From Lama glama (Eukaryota), in assembly GCA_028534125.1 (NCBI GenBank), contig CM052816.1:5458001-5522000 (forward strand): DNA of 64,000 nt, written 5' to 3'. The notes beneath the pieces were generated by a model, which saw only the letters and a program-made list of their open reading frames with translations, had not been told where the DNA came from and ran no database searches. The position numbers and the translations under genes were made by a program. Below, piece by piece: positions 63,361 to 64,000 of this stretch (position 1 is its first letter; each line of letters starts with the position of its first letter).

Positions 63361-64000
63361 AGGAGAAGTAACATATAATTGGGAAGTTTTGAATTTATTC
63401 ATCTTGTAATAAAGTCTGTGAACAGGTTAACTTTTAGTGTCCTAATCCATAAAGTGGGTATAAAACTACCTTCCTTGCAGAGTGGCTTTGAGGATTCACT
63501 GAGATAAAATGTGCCCCAATATCTGGGCTAAGATAAAGTGCTTAGCCCAGAACTTGGTCTATTGCAATCCTGGAATAAATGGCAGCAATTACTTTTATGA
63601 CTGTGCAAGGTGCACCATTGCTGGGAGCTGGGGGACAAAGATGAATCAGATTTGATTCTTGCCTTCAAGCAGCTTCTAATATAGTTGAGGGGATCAGCAA
63701 TAGCTAGTCTGCAAGTGTGTCCCAGCTTCGCCAACCGTGCTCAGAGGGGAGCACTGACTCCGGTGGGGAGTCGGAGAAGGTGGCTTGGACGGGGAGGCAT
63801 CTATATGCCCAGCATGTAATTCTAGTCAGGCGGGAAAGCATGGACCATCTTTGCCTCCCTGGGAGCATCTGAGATGCAGAGAGAGAGAAACAGCTGCGTT
63901 CCCTGCTCTCCTGCTGAAGTGAAGGAATTCAGAGGTGCCACTTCTCTTATTAATCCAGCTGTGAGCATTTTTTTAGACCATCCTGAGCCCCGGAGGAACA

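Noticed and set aside
1..64000. CRISPR arrays, operons, tRNA/rRNA genes, processed pseudogenes, intact retroviral ORFs
   Set aside because: None recognised; the DNA is mammalian intron/intergenic sequence and all LTRs appear solo. Small ncRNAs cannot be excluded without an Infernal/Rfam search.

Overview
Mammalian (eutherian) genomic DNA, not prokaryotic. The only protein-coding sequence I can support is the first coding exon of GALNT10 (minus strand, ATG at 17143, 159 nt / 53 codons, phase-0 GTGAGT donor after 16985). It lies in a CpG-island promoter at about 16950-18380. Bases 1-16984 are GALNT10 intron 1 and about 18400-64000 is upstream intergenic sequence. The rest is largely old transposon debris (MIR, L2, L1M, MaLR MLT1, ERV1/ERVL solo LTRs, hAT and Tigger-type DNA transposons), several with readable target-site duplications and nesting. 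There is also one young 5'-truncated L1 with TSD, some microsatellites and a 500-N gap (46525-47024). The cetartiodactyl-type L1 3' end, with no Alu, B1/B2, Bov-tA, PRE1, CHR or SINEC elements seen, tentatively suggests a camelid. Repeat family names come from my recall of consensus sequences, not from a search. I found no convincing new biological system. The best lead is an orphan CpG-rich patch about 40 kb upstream of GALNT10 (56700-57560) with ETS motifs, an 11-bp dyad and a consensus splice donor on the GALNT10 strand, next to a MER34-like LTR; it may be an unannotated distal promoter/first exon. Nearly all ORFs in the supplied track appear spurious.
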